Of a DNA stretch of 64,000 bases, positions 19,083 to 28,257 are shown in pieces. Below the pieces are notes generated by a model. The model ran no database searches. It saw only the letters and a list, made by a program, of their open reading frames with translations, and was not told the DNA's origin. Source of the stretch: Desulfobacterales bacterium (GTDB lineage Bacteria; Desulfobacterota; Desulfobacteria; Desulfobacterales; UBA2174); NCBI GenBank assembly GCA_963668645.2, contig CAXXWC010000006.1:156386-220385 (forward strand). Reading direction: 5' to 3'. The translations under genes and the position numbers were made by a program. Positions within the stretch are counted from its first letter, which is position 1. Each line of letters begins with the position of its first letter.

Positions 19083-19493
19083 ATGATGGAAACCGGAACA
19101 CCCGAAGGGCGCATCGACCACCTGGACAGCCTGGAGCGCTACGAACCGGCCGGACACTGGAAAACGCAAAACGCGCGCCTGGTTCACCACCCGCCGGCCG
19201 GCGGTTATGAGATGATCCTCGGCCAGATGGCGGCCGGCGGCGGCGCCGAGCGCCACCATCACGACCAAAACCACCAGGCCATGTTCATTCTCGAAGGCGA
19301 GGCCCTCATCGAACTCGGGGATGCTGCGGCACGCTCCTGCCCGGCCGGTAGCATAATCGAAATCCCCCCCGGTTTGCCCCATCGCATCGCCTCGGGCGGT
19401 GATGGGACGCTGCGATTCATCGTGGTGTTCAGCCCCCCGCTAGGGGCCGCCGGAGGGGTAAAGAGCCCCACGACCGGAAGGCAGGAAGCCTGA
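19083..19493 (+). CDS. cupin domain protein
   Basis: HHH...Q....LEG and IEIPPGLPH cupin motifs. Confidence 0.85.
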   Translation: MMETGTPEGRIDHLDSLERYEPAGHWKTQNARLVHHPPAGGYEMILGQMAAGGGAERHHHDQNHQAMFILEGEALIELGDAAARSCPAGSIIEIPPGLPHRIASGGDGTLRFIVVFSPPLGAAGGVKSPTTGRQEA

Positions 19494-19495
19494 AA

Positions 19496-20923
19496 ATGGC
19501 GCAAAATCCCTACCTTCGCGTTCAGCAACAGATGGCGGCCGCCGGTTTCACCGCAGGCGCCCTGACCCTCGGTGAGTTGATCGATATTGCCGAGGCCGCC
19601 GGCACCTCTGTGGGCACTGCGGCGATGGGCGAGGCCATGGCAGCCCGGGATCTTTCCGCCGAGCAAGCCGCCGATGCCATCATCAAAGTCTTCGCCCGCA
19701 ACCTGGAAGCCCTCGAGATCGGCCGCACCCGCGGCTGCAGCCGGCTGATGGGAAGTGTCGGCACGGACCTGGCCGGCGGCGCCGGGCTCACGGGCCACCG
19801 GCTGCTGGACAAGGCCGTCGCTTACACCCTGGCGAGCCAGGTCGGCAACCACGAAATCGGCCTCCAGCCCTGTGCCGGGACCGGGGACGCCTGCACCTAC
19901 ACCGGCCTGTTGCAGGCGATGATGGAAGAGGTGGACGATGGGGCCGCACTGACCCGCGCAGCGGCTCTAATGCTCAAGATCGGCACCCTCTTTCGTGAGG
20001 GGAAATCGACCACCGGCTGCAACATGGAAGGGTTCGGGGCCGGGGCCGCTGCGGCTGCGGCAGCTTTCACCGAGCTTGACGGCGGCGGCCCGCGCACCCT
20101 GGAACGCGCCGTGGTCCTTGCCCTGTCGCCGACCATCGGTGTTCCGTGCACGCCTCGGGTCATGGTCCCGGGCCTGTGCGCCACCCATATCGGCGGCGGG
20201 GTGCTCATCGGCTGGCTCGCCAGCCGCCTGGCGGGCACGACCTCGATTCCGGTTACCGTGCCGGTGGACGTCATGATGGCCATGGCCGCCGCGGTCCATC
20301 CGATCTCGGCCCGTGCCGTGGTGCCGGAGGTGATGCGGCACATGGCCCCTTTTTTCCAGGCCTGCAACGAGGTCGAGGCCCTGGTGGACGAAGCCCACCG
20401 CAGCCGGCAAGCCGCCGAGAACGCGGCCCTGCTCGTCGAGGCCCGCACGCGCATGCACCGTCTGGCGCGGCGCGCCCGTTCCATCTTGGACCCTTTCGCT
20501 CCGGTGGTGGTGGGCGGCAGCAGCCAGGCCGTCGGCTCGCCGGTCAACACCGCCCGCCTTGCCCACCACTTGGCCCGGGGCCCGATCCGGCGGGTCGCCG
20601 TCGCCCTGGCGCCGGAGCTGTTCGCCCGGCGCGCGATCAACGTTCCCGGCATCCTGGCGGCCGCGGTCTACGGCAGCGCGGCCGACGACTTGGTCGGCCG
20701 GGAAGAAATCTTTCAGCGCCTGGCCCGGGACAAGGTGGCCGTCACCCTGGATCCGGCAACCGAAGCCGGAATGCAGCGGGTCGCCATCCAAGCCGACCAG
20801 GGCGACGCCATGGTGGCGGCCCTGAACCGGGGCGGCGGGCGAATCCATCTGCTCGAAGCGGCCCCGAGCCTTGCCGAGGCACGGCGCCTGGCCGCGGAAC
20901 TGGGCCTCGAACTGGACCCGTGA
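19496..20923 (+). CDS. Fe-S L-serine dehydratase-like protein, alpha-beta fusion
   Basis: N-part resembles SdhA (GCNMEG, GVPCTP, VPGLC: three Cys); C-part resembles SdhB (ILDPFAPVVVGGSS...RGGGRI). Confidence 0.7.
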   Translation: MAQNPYLRVQQQMAAAGFTAGALTLGELIDIAEAAGTSVGTAAMGEAMAARDLSAEQAADAIIKVFARNLEALEIGRTRGCSRLMGSVGTDLAGGAGLTGHRLLDKAVAYTLASQVGNHEIGLQPCAGTGDACTYTGLLQAMMEEVDDGAALTRAAALMLKIGTLFREGKSTTGCNMEGFGAGAAAAAAAFTELDGGGPRTLERAVVLALSPTIGVPCTPRVMVPGLCATHIGGGVLIGWLASRLAGTTSIPVTVPVDVMMAMAAAVHPISARAVVPEVMRHMAPFFQACNEVEALVDEAHRSRQAAENAALLVEARTRMHRLARRARSILDPFAPVVVGGSSQAVGSPVNTARLAHHLARGPIRRVAVALAPELFARRAINVPGILAAAVYGSAADDLVGREEIFQRLARDKVAVTLDPATEAGMQRVAIQADQGDAMVAALNRGGGRIHLLEAAPSLAEARRLAAELGLELDP

Positions 20924-20998
20924 GGCAAAGCGGAGGGCCGGACCAAGCCAGCAAGCGACCCAGCAAATCACCCCCACCGCGCAATAGGCCGGCGCATC

Positions 20999-21955
20999 AT
21001 GAAAGGGGATCGAATGGTGCCGAAAGATCGAGGATTGTGGATGCAATCGGTCATCACGGAGTTTTGTGCCTCGGCTGCCAACAGCCTGCAAAACCGCTCC
21101 TGCGATCCAGCCTTCGACCTGCCGCTGGTCGGTTTTTCCAGCGGGGAGGACCCGCTTTACACCGCTTACAAGGAGCACGTGGGCCCCGGCCACTGGACCC
21201 CTAGGGAGGCCTTCCGGCTCGCCTTTCCCCAAGAGCGGGCAGAGGCCGGCGAACTGACGGTGATCAGTTGGATCCTGCCCCAGACGGCCGCCACCCGTGC
21301 AGCGAGCCGGCGCCGGCGCGCCTATCCTTCCGAAGCCTGGGCAAGGGCGCGCGTTTATGGAGAAAATTTCAACGTCAAGCTGCGGCGCCATGTGGTCGAA
21401 GTGCTGGCCGCGGCCGGGGTGGCCGCCGTGGCCCCCGCCCTGCTGGCCCAATGGGGCCGGCAGTCCTCCAAGCGGTTTACCATCGTTTCCAACTGGTCCG
21501 AACGCCATGCGGCCCATGCCGGCGGCCTGGGAACCTTCGGCCTTTGCGATGGGTTGATCACCGCCAGGGGGAAAGCCATGCGCACCGCTTCGATCGTCGC
21601 GCGGTTGCAGATCCCGCCCACCCCCCGGCCCTACCAGGGGCACAAGGATTACTGCCTGTTTTACAGCCACGGGGTCTGCGGCCGCTGCATCCGGCGCTGC
21701 CCGGCCGGGGCACTGTCACCCCGGGGCCACGACAAGCGCAAGTGCCGGGCGTATATCCGCACCGTGACAACAGCCTACGTAAAGCACCACTACGGTTTCG
21801 AAGGGTACGGCTGCGGCCTGTGCCAGACCGGCGTTCCCTGCGAGTCGAAAATCCCGACGATACAGGATCTTTGCGTTCAAGAGCGGGACGGCAGCGTCTT
21901 GGCTGCCCAGCGTCAAAAGCGATTTCCCCGGAAATCTCCCGGGTACAAGGTCTAA
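20999..21955 (+). CDS. QueG/reductive dehalogenase-like 4Fe-4S protein
   Basis: WSERHAAHAGGLGTFGL..GLIT..G, CGRCIRRCP and CGLCQTGVPC. Confidence 0.75.
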   Translation: MKGDRMVPKDRGLWMQSVITEFCASAANSLQNRSCDPAFDLPLVGFSSGEDPLYTAYKEHVGPGHWTPREAFRLAFPQERAEAGELTVISWILPQTAATRAASRRRRAYPSEAWARARVYGENFNVKLRRHVVEVLAAAGVAAVAPALLAQWGRQSSKRFTIVSNWSERHAAHAGGLGTFGLCDGLITARGKAMRTASIVARLQIPPTPRPYQGHKDYCLFYSHGVCGRCIRRCPAGALSPRGHDKRKCRAYIRTVTTAYVKHHYGFEGYGCGLCQTGVPCESKIPTIQDLCVQERDGSVLAAQRQKRFPRKSPGYKV

Positions 21956-22365
21956 GACGGCATCGCCGGCCTGGGTCATGGCAAGCAAAACAAGCCCCCC
22001 GAAACTCCTTCCCACCCCGGTCCATCGAAGGGCTGTGATCCTTTGAAATCACAATTATCCCCGGTACGGCAAAAATAGCCCAGCGCGGATGAAAACGGCC
22101 CGCCGGCAGGGCCATTTCACTGGCCCATCGGGCAGGCCGTTGCGGTTCGCATCCGGTTTGATAAATGAACAGCAATTGGCATTTGATGGATGCTGTGATA
22201 GCTATATAGACCTCAAGCAATCCAACAAGCACAAACAGTTTAAGTTGACAAGCAGGGGACGACTGTGATTCAGTCCCGGTTTTTGAATCTCGTTCAACCA
22301 TTGGAATGAGAGTCCGTCACATATAAAAAACGGCTTAACACTGACAAAAAGGAGGGATTGGGAAA

Positions 22366-23337
22366 ATGAAACGTACGCTGATCATCCTGGCAGTGGGTAT
22401 GGCTCTGGTATTCGCAATGAACGCACCGTGCGTGGCCAAAACCGAATTCATCTCCATCGGCACCGGGGGCACCGGCGGGGTCTACTACCCCTATGGCGGG
22501 GGGGTGGCCGAAATCTGGTCCAAGTTCGTCCCCGACGTCAAGGCGGTGGCAGAGGTGACCGGCGCCAGCGTTGAAAACGTCAAACTGGCCCACAAGGGCG
22601 AGACCGTAGTCGGCCTGGTCATGGGCGATGTGGCCGTGGCCGGTGTGACCGGCGCCGGCAAGTTCAACGGTAAAAAGCATGATATCCTGGCCATGGCCAC
22701 CATGTACCCCAACCTGCTCCAGATCGTGACCCTCAAAAGCAGCGGCATCACCGACATCGAACAGATCAAGGGCCGCAACATCAGTTCCGGCAGCCCGGGA
22801 AGCGGCACCAACTTCATGGCCGAAACCACCATCAAGGCCCTGGGGATTGCGCTGGATTCTTACAAAGACAGCCGGCTGTCGTTCACCGAGACGGCCAACG
22901 CCCTGCGCGACGGCACCATCGACGTGGGCTTCTGGTCCGTCGGTCCGCCCACCAGTTCGATCATGGACCTGGCCACGACCCATGACATCCACATCATCTC
23001 ACTGACCCCGGCACAGGTGGAAAAGGTTCTGGCTGCCAACCAGACCTATTCCGCGGTCGACCTGGCCGGCGGGACCTATAACGGGGTGGACGCCGCGGTG
23101 CCGACCATCGGGGTCTGGAATGTGATGATCTGCCAGGCCTCCCTGCCCGAGGATCTGGTCTACCAGTTGTCCAAGGCGTTGTTCGAGAACAATGACTACC
23201 TGGTGAAGATTCACCCCTCGGCCGCCTACACGACGCCTCAAAATGCGGTCAAATACGCGCCCATCGCGCTGCACCTGGGAACGATCAAGTACCTGAAGGA
23301 AAAAGGAATCGAGGTGCCGGCCAAGCTGATTCCGTAA
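22366..23337 (+). CDS. TAXI-family TRAP solute-binding protein
   Basis: Signal peptide, IGTGGTGGVYYPYG, TGASVEN and GSPGSGT; strong RBS AGGAGG. Confidence 0.93.
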   Translation: MKRTLIILAVGMALVFAMNAPCVAKTEFISIGTGGTGGVYYPYGGGVAEIWSKFVPDVKAVAEVTGASVENVKLAHKGETVVGLVMGDVAVAGVTGAGKFNGKKHDILAMATMYPNLLQIVTLKSSGITDIEQIKGRNISSGSPGSGTNFMAETTIKALGIALDSYKDSRLSFTETANALRDGTIDVGFWSVGPPTSSIMDLATTHDIHIISLTPAQVEKVLAANQTYSAVDLAGGTYNGVDAAVPTIGVWNVMICQASLPEDLVYQLSKALFENNDYLVKIHPSAAYTTPQNAVKYAPIALHLGTIKYLKEKGIEVPAKLIP

Positions 23338-23383
23338 CCGGCCAAAACAGGATGGATGCCCATGTCAGGCGAGCCGCCGCGGA

Positions 23384-23935
23384 ATGAATTCCCGTCGTAG
23401 CAAATGGCCATGGATCGTTGCCGGCCTGGTTCTTGTCGCGGTGGCGGCCGGCGGCCTGCTTCCCGGCGGGCTGGAGCTGCGGGTCACCCCCACGGCAGGA
23501 GGAGACCCCTTGCTGGTGCTGCCTCTTGAGGCAGGTGAACGCTTCACCCTCCACTACTACCATTCGGTGGAAAACGCCCCCATCTGGGAGGTGCACCGGC
23601 TGGACACCGGCGGTAACATTTATATCGAGGAGGAACGCTACCTGAAGCTCGGTGCCGGCATGGGCCGCACCCCGGGGGTGGGCCGGCTGATCCGGCGAGG
23701 GCCCTACGAGGCCATCGTGGGGATGAACCGGCCCACCGGCGACTTCGTGTTGCGGGTCGGTAGCCCCGGGGTGGACCACACCATCGTGTGGCGCACCACC
23801 CGAACCAATCTGTCGCTTCAGGCCCCCCACCGGCCGGTACGTTTCACCGGCCGGCCGGTGAGCCTGCTCTATCGAGTCATGCGGCAGATTTTCCCTCACC
23901 CCAAGACCCCTACTCCTGGAGTTCGCGATGGTTGA
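23384..23935 (+). CDS. DUF1850-like protein
   Basis: N-terminal TM segment, FTLHYYHSVEN...E and GAGM; TAXI context. Confidence 0.75.
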   Translation: MNSRRSKWPWIVAGLVLVAVAAGGLLPGGLELRVTPTAGGDPLLVLPLEAGERFTLHYYHSVENAPIWEVHRLDTGGNIYIEEERYLKLGAGMGRTPGVGRLIRRGPYEAIVGMNRPTGDFVLRVGSPGVDHTIVWRTTRTNLSLQAPHRPVRFTGRPVSLLYRVMRQIFPHPKTPTPGVRDG

Positions 23936-25937
23936 CGTCAACCGGCGCGCCGGCAGCGCGCCGAGCCTTCGTAATCAAACCCTGGTCGCCTGGACAGCCA
24001 AGGTGGTGGCCGTTATCGCCATCAGCTTGAGCCTCTACCAGCTCTATACCGCCGGCATCGCCGCCCTGACCGCCCTGGTGCAGCGTTCGATCCACCTGGG
24101 CGCCATCCTCTCGCTGACGTTCCTGCTCAAACCGGCCTTCAGCGGTGCGCGCAAGGATCGCTTTTCCATCTGGATCGTTCTCGACTGGATCCTGGTGCTC
24201 GCCTCCATCGCCTGCACCGTCTACATCTGCGTCAATCTGACCGCTATCTTCGAGCGCCAGGGCGACTGGCTGTTGAGCGATCTGGTGGTCAGCATCGCGG
24301 GCACCCTGCTGGTGCTCGAGGCCTGCCGCCGGGTAATCGGTCTTTTTATGTCGGCGATCTGCATCATCGGAATCCTGTATGCCATGTACGGGCCCTACAT
24401 GCCCGAGCTCATTATCCACAAGGGCTACAGCGTCGAACGGATCGCCACCACGCTGTGGCTCACCACCGAGGGGATCTTCGGCCTGCCCCTTGGTGTGGCG
24501 GCCACTTTCGTTTTCGTTTTCGTGCTCTTCGGCGCCTTTCTGGAAAGTACTGGAGGCGGCAATTTTTTCATCGACATGGCCCACGCCCTCACCGGTCGCT
24601 TCTCCGGCGGGCCGGCCAAGACCTCGGTGGTGGCCTCGGGCTTTCTCGGTTCGATATCCGGTTCGGCGGTGGGCAACGTCGCCGCCACCGGTGCTTTTAC
24701 CATCCCGATGATGAAAAGAGTCGGCTATCGGCCCCACGTCGCCGGGGCCATCGAGGCGGCCGCCTCCACCGGCGGCCAGTTGATGCCGCCCATCATGGGG
24801 GCTGGGGCCTTTCTGATGGCCGAGTTCACCAACACCAGCTACCTGACCATCATCAAGGTGGCCCTGGTGCCGGCCATCATGTACTACATGACGGTACTGA
24901 TCTTCGTCCACCTCGAAGCCCAGAAATACGGCCTGCTGGGCCAGCCCAAGGAAAGCCTGCCGCGCGTGATGGCGGTGATCCGCAAGGGCCTGCATTTTCT
25001 CGTCCCGGTGGCCATCCTGCTCTACGTGCTGCTGTCGAACTACTCTCCCATGATGGCCGGTTTCGTGGCGGTGATCAGCACCGTCCTGGCCAGTTGGACC
25101 GCCAACGCCGTTGCCTGGAGCCGCCAGCGCCAGGGCGGCGGGTCCGGTCCCCCCGGCGAAGGTCAAGTCGAAACCCTGGGCCGCTTCGTGGGCAGGGAGT
25201 TCCGTTCCCTGCTCGACGCCCTGAACAAGGGTGCCCAGAGTGCCATCATGGTCTCTGTGGCCTGCGCTGCGGCCGGGATTATCGTCGGCATGGTCACCCT
25301 GACCGGAATGGGCCTCAAATTTTCCAGCCTGGTCCTCGATCTGAGCTACGGCATCAAGGCCCTGGCCATTCTGCTCATCGGCATGGCCTCCCTCGTTCTG
25401 GGGATGGGATTGCCGGTGACCGCCAGCTACATCGTCCTGGCGACCCTGGCCGGTCCGGCCCTGCTCGACATGGGCGTACCCCTGATGACGGCCCACATGA
25501 TCGTCTTCTGGTACTCCCAGGACGCCAACGTCACCCCGCCGGTAAGCCTGGCCAGCTTTGCCGGGGCCGGCATCGCCGGCGCAAACCCCATGCGCACGGC
25601 CTTTACCTCCTGGAAGCTGGCCAAGGGACTTTACATCATCCCGCTGGTAATGGCCTACCGGCCCATGCTGGGCATCGGTCCCGGTTATGAACTGATGCAC
25701 TGGGAGGTCATCGTCACCATGGTGACCACGGCCCTGGGCCTGGTGGCCTTCGCTGCGGCCATCGAACGTTACCTGCTCCGGCACACCACCTGGCTTGAAA
25801 CCGGTCTGCTCTGGATTGCCACCGCCGGGTTGCTGTGGCCCAACGATCTGGTTGACGTCATCGGCTTCGTGGCCTTTATCGTCGCCGTGTTGTTGCAGCG
25901 ACGCCCCGGGGTCGCGCCCAAGCGGGCGGCAACCTGA
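23928..25937 (+). CDS. TAXI-TRAP fused permease
   Basis: GGPAK, EAAASTGGQLMPP, LGMGLPVTASY and SQDANVTPPV; paralog of 12161-14062. Confidence 0.93.
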   Translation: MVDVNRRAGSAPSLRNQTLVAWTAKVVAVIAISLSLYQLYTAGIAALTALVQRSIHLGAILSLTFLLKPAFSGARKDRFSIWIVLDWILVLASIACTVYICVNLTAIFERQGDWLLSDLVVSIAGTLLVLEACRRVIGLFMSAICIIGILYAMYGPYMPELIIHKGYSVERIATTLWLTTEGIFGLPLGVAATFVFVFVLFGAFLESTGGGNFFIDMAHALTGRFSGGPAKTSVVASGFLGSISGSAVGNVAATGAFTIPMMKRVGYRPHVAGAIEAAASTGGQLMPPIMGAGAFLMAEFTNTSYLTIIKVALVPAIMYYMTVLIFVHLEAQKYGLLGQPKESLPRVMAVIRKGLHFLVPVAILLYVLLSNYSPMMAGFVAVISTVLASWTANAVAWSRQRQGGGSGPPGEGQVETLGRFVGREFRSLLDALNKGAQSAIMVSVACAAAGIIVGMVTLTGMGLKFSSLVLDLSYGIKALAILLIGMASLVLGMGLPVTASYIVLATLAGPALLDMGVPLMTAHMIVFWYSQDANVTPPVSLASFAGAGIAGANPMRTAFTSWKLAKGLYIIPLVMAYRPMLGIGPGYELMHWEVIVTMVTTALGLVAFAAAIERYLLRHTTWLETGLLWIATAGLLWPNDLVDVIGFVAFIVAVLLQRRPGVAPKRAAT

Positions 25938-25986
25938 ACCGTATCAGACCATTATGACGATTTTTGCCGGTGCACGGCATGCTTAC

Positions 25987-26020
25987 AAAAAGGGAAGGCC
26001 GGTGGGCCTTCCCTTTTTTT
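25987..26020. terminator. bidirectional intrinsic terminator
   Basis: AAAAAGGGAAGGCC-ggtg-GGCCTTCCCTTTTTTT. Confidence 0.85.
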
Positions 26021-26137
26021 GCTGCCTGTCTGTACGGCAACAGGTCTGGACCCCGGCAACATCAGGGTGTATCGTTTAGGATGCATCAACTTTGAAAAAT
26101 ACCGCACCGTTCAAGTCAATTCGCAAAGGAGCGACCT

Positions 26138-26977
26138 ATGGCCATCGTCACCATTTCAAGAGGCTCATATCAGAAAGGAAAGGTGGTCGCCGAAAAGGTG
26201 GCCAGCCGGCTGGGATACGAATGCATCTCCAGGGAAATTTTGATCGAGGCATCGGATGAATTCAACATCCCGGAAATCAAGCTTATCCGCGCCTTGCACG
26301 ACGCGCCGACAGTTTTGGAGCGCTTCCGCTACGGCAAGGAGCGCTACGTCAGCCACCTGCGTTCGGCCCTGCTGCAGCATGCCAAAAACGACAACATCGT
26401 CTACCACGGACTGGCCGGGCATTACTTTCTGCAGGAGATTCCCCATGTGCTCAAGGTGCGCATCATCGCCGACATGAAAGACCGGGTGGCAGACGAGGTC
26501 AACCGCGAGAACATCTCCGCTGAAAAAGCCCGCTACATCCTGACCAAGGACGACGAGGAACGGCGCAAGTGGGGAATCCAGGTTTACGGCACCGACACCT
26601 GGGACAGCCGGCTTTACGACCTTGTGTTGAAAATCAAAAGCCTGACGGTGGACGATGCGGTGGATCTCATCCTGGATGCGGTGGCCAGACCGGCATTTCA
26701 ATCCACCCCCCAGTCGCTGAAAATCATCGGCGATCTGGCGCTGGCCACGCGGGTGCAGGCCACCGTCTGCAGTCTCACCCCGAGGATCGGCGTCTGCGCC
26801 AATGACGGCACCATCTATATCCGCAACACGGGGGATGCACCGACTTTTTCAAAGGAGATCGCCCAGGAAATCAAAAAGCTGGCCCAGGGCGTCGAAGGTG
26901 TCGGGAAAGTGGTGCTCGATGCGCCCAGCGATTTCGAGCAAAGCGACCATGTCAACCCGTTTCACAATATCGGATAA
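26138..26977 (+). CDS. cytidylate kinase-like family protein, possible C-terminal BON-like domain
   Basis: VTISRGSYQKG..VAE, LKVRIIA, D..R and YDLVL. Confidence 0.75.
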   Translation: MAIVTISRGSYQKGKVVAEKVASRLGYECISREILIEASDEFNIPEIKLIRALHDAPTVLERFRYGKERYVSHLRSALLQHAKNDNIVYHGLAGHYFLQEIPHVLKVRIIADMKDRVADEVNRENISAEKARYILTKDDEERRKWGIQVYGTDTWDSRLYDLVLKIKSLTVDDAVDLILDAVARPAFQSTPQSLKIIGDLALATRVQATVCSLTPRIGVCANDGTIYIRNTGDAPTFSKEIAQEIKKLAQGVEGVGKVVLDAPSDFEQSDHVNPFHNIG

Positions 26978-27014
26978 AGCACCGCCAGCACCGTTACAAA
27001 TGGATGATCCAATA

Positions 27015-27050
27015 AAAAGGGGTATCCGCCTAGCAGCGGATACCCCTTTT
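27015..27050. terminator. bidirectional terminator between convergent genes
   Basis: AAAAGGGGTATCCGC-ctagca-GCGGATACCCCTTTT. Confidence 0.85.
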
Positions 27051-27065
27051 GGGCATGAATGAAAG

Positions 27066-28250
27066 TCAGCCTTCGATGACGCGGGTGCGCAAAACGCCGG
27101 CGCTCTCTTCCTTGACCGAGGTGGCGATCTTGTAAAGGATGGTCAGGATGAGAAAACCGGTGGCCCAGACCCCCAGGGTGATCATCACTTCCGGAGCGGT
27201 AGGCACATACTCGTTGACCTCGTGCAGCGGATTGGGCACGAAGCCGCCTGAAATCAACCCCAGCCCCTTGTCGATCCAGGCCCCGATGAAGACCATGGCG
27301 CAGGAAACGGCCAGAACCCCTTCGTGGCGACGCGAAGCCGGCACGATCAACAGGATGATGGCGCCGAGCATCAGCGCCATACTGAGCCACATCCAGGGCA
27401 CCAGGATGCCGTGGCCGTGGAGGCCGAAGAAGAGGTACTTGAGATGGTCGGTGTGCTCGGGAATCTGGCTGTATCCGGCAACGAAGACCTCGCACAGGAA
27501 GAAAAAGACGTTGGCGATGATGGCGTAGGTAGCGATCTTGGCCAGGGACTGGATCTGCTCGCGACCCGGATCGAATTTCGTAAAGCGGCGCACGATGAGG
27601 CACAGCACGATCAACAGGGCCGGCCCGGCGGCGAAGGCCGAAGCCAGAAAGCGCGGCGCCAGGATGGCCGTAAGCCAGAACCCGCGGCCCGGCAGGCCGC
27701 AGTAAAGGTAGGCCGTGACCGTGTGAATGGAGATCGCCCAGGGAATCGAAAGATAAATCAAGGGCTTTAGCCATGACTGGTAATGGGTGCCGTTGCGCTC
27801 GGCCTCCAGCACGTTCCAACCCACCACGATGTTGAGAAACAGGTACCCGTTGAGCACGATCATGTCGTAAAAGAGCATGGAATTGGGCGTGGGATAGAAA
27901 ATCACATTGAGCATGCGGATCGGCTGGCCCAGGTCAACCAGGATGAACAAGAGGCACATGACCAGGGCCGCCACGGCCAGAAATTCACCCAGGATCGTGA
28001 TACGGCCGAAGGCCTTGTAGTCGTGCAGGTAATAGGGCAGCACCACCATTACCCCCCCGGCGGCCACCCCGACCAGAAAGGTGAACTGGGCGATGTAAAA
28101 CCCCCAGGAGACATCCCGGCTCAGTCCGGTGATGCCGAGGCCGAAGCGGAACTGGTAGAGGTAGGTGAGAGCGCCGACGCCGGCGATGGCCGCCAGCACG
28201 ACGAGCAGTCCCCAGTATTTTTTTGTTCCTTTGAGCGCAAGTTCTAGCAT
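27066..28250 (-). CDS. dsrP: DsrP, NrfD/PsrC-family membrane subunit
   Basis: TGLSRDVSWGFYIAQFTFLVGVAAG, VDLGQP and LAPRFLASAFAAGP; operon context. Confidence 0.93.
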   Translation of the reverse strand: MLELALKGTKKYWGLLVVLAAIAGVGALTYLYQFRFGLGITGLSRDVSWGFYIAQFTFLVGVAAGGVMVVLPYYLHDYKAFGRITILGEFLAVAALVMCLLFILVDLGQPIRMLNVIFYPTPNSMLFYDMIVLNGYLFLNIVVGWNVLEAERNGTHYQSWLKPLIYLSIPWAISIHTVTAYLYCGLPGRGFWLTAILAPRFLASAFAAGPALLIVLCLIVRRFTKFDPGREQIQSLAKIATYAIIANVFFFLCEVFVAGYSQIPEHTDHLKYLFFGLHGHGILVPWMWLSMALMLGAIILLIVPASRRHEGVLAVSCAMVFIGAWIDKGLGLISGGFVPNPLHEVNEYVPTAPEVMITLGVWATGFLILTILYKIATSVKEESAGVLRTRVIEG

Positions 28251-28257
28251 GGCCACC

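Noticed and set aside
22177..22193. sigma54 promoter before the second TAXI cassette (TGGCATTTGATGGATGC)
   Set aside because: GC lies 2 nt too far from GG, and no TGT-N12-ACA pair was seen.
23910..25784. 624-aa - strand ORF and similar long antisense ORFs (2712-4073, 10664-12094, 19967-21670)
   Set aside because: They overlap well-supported genes on the opposite strand and lack recognisable domains.
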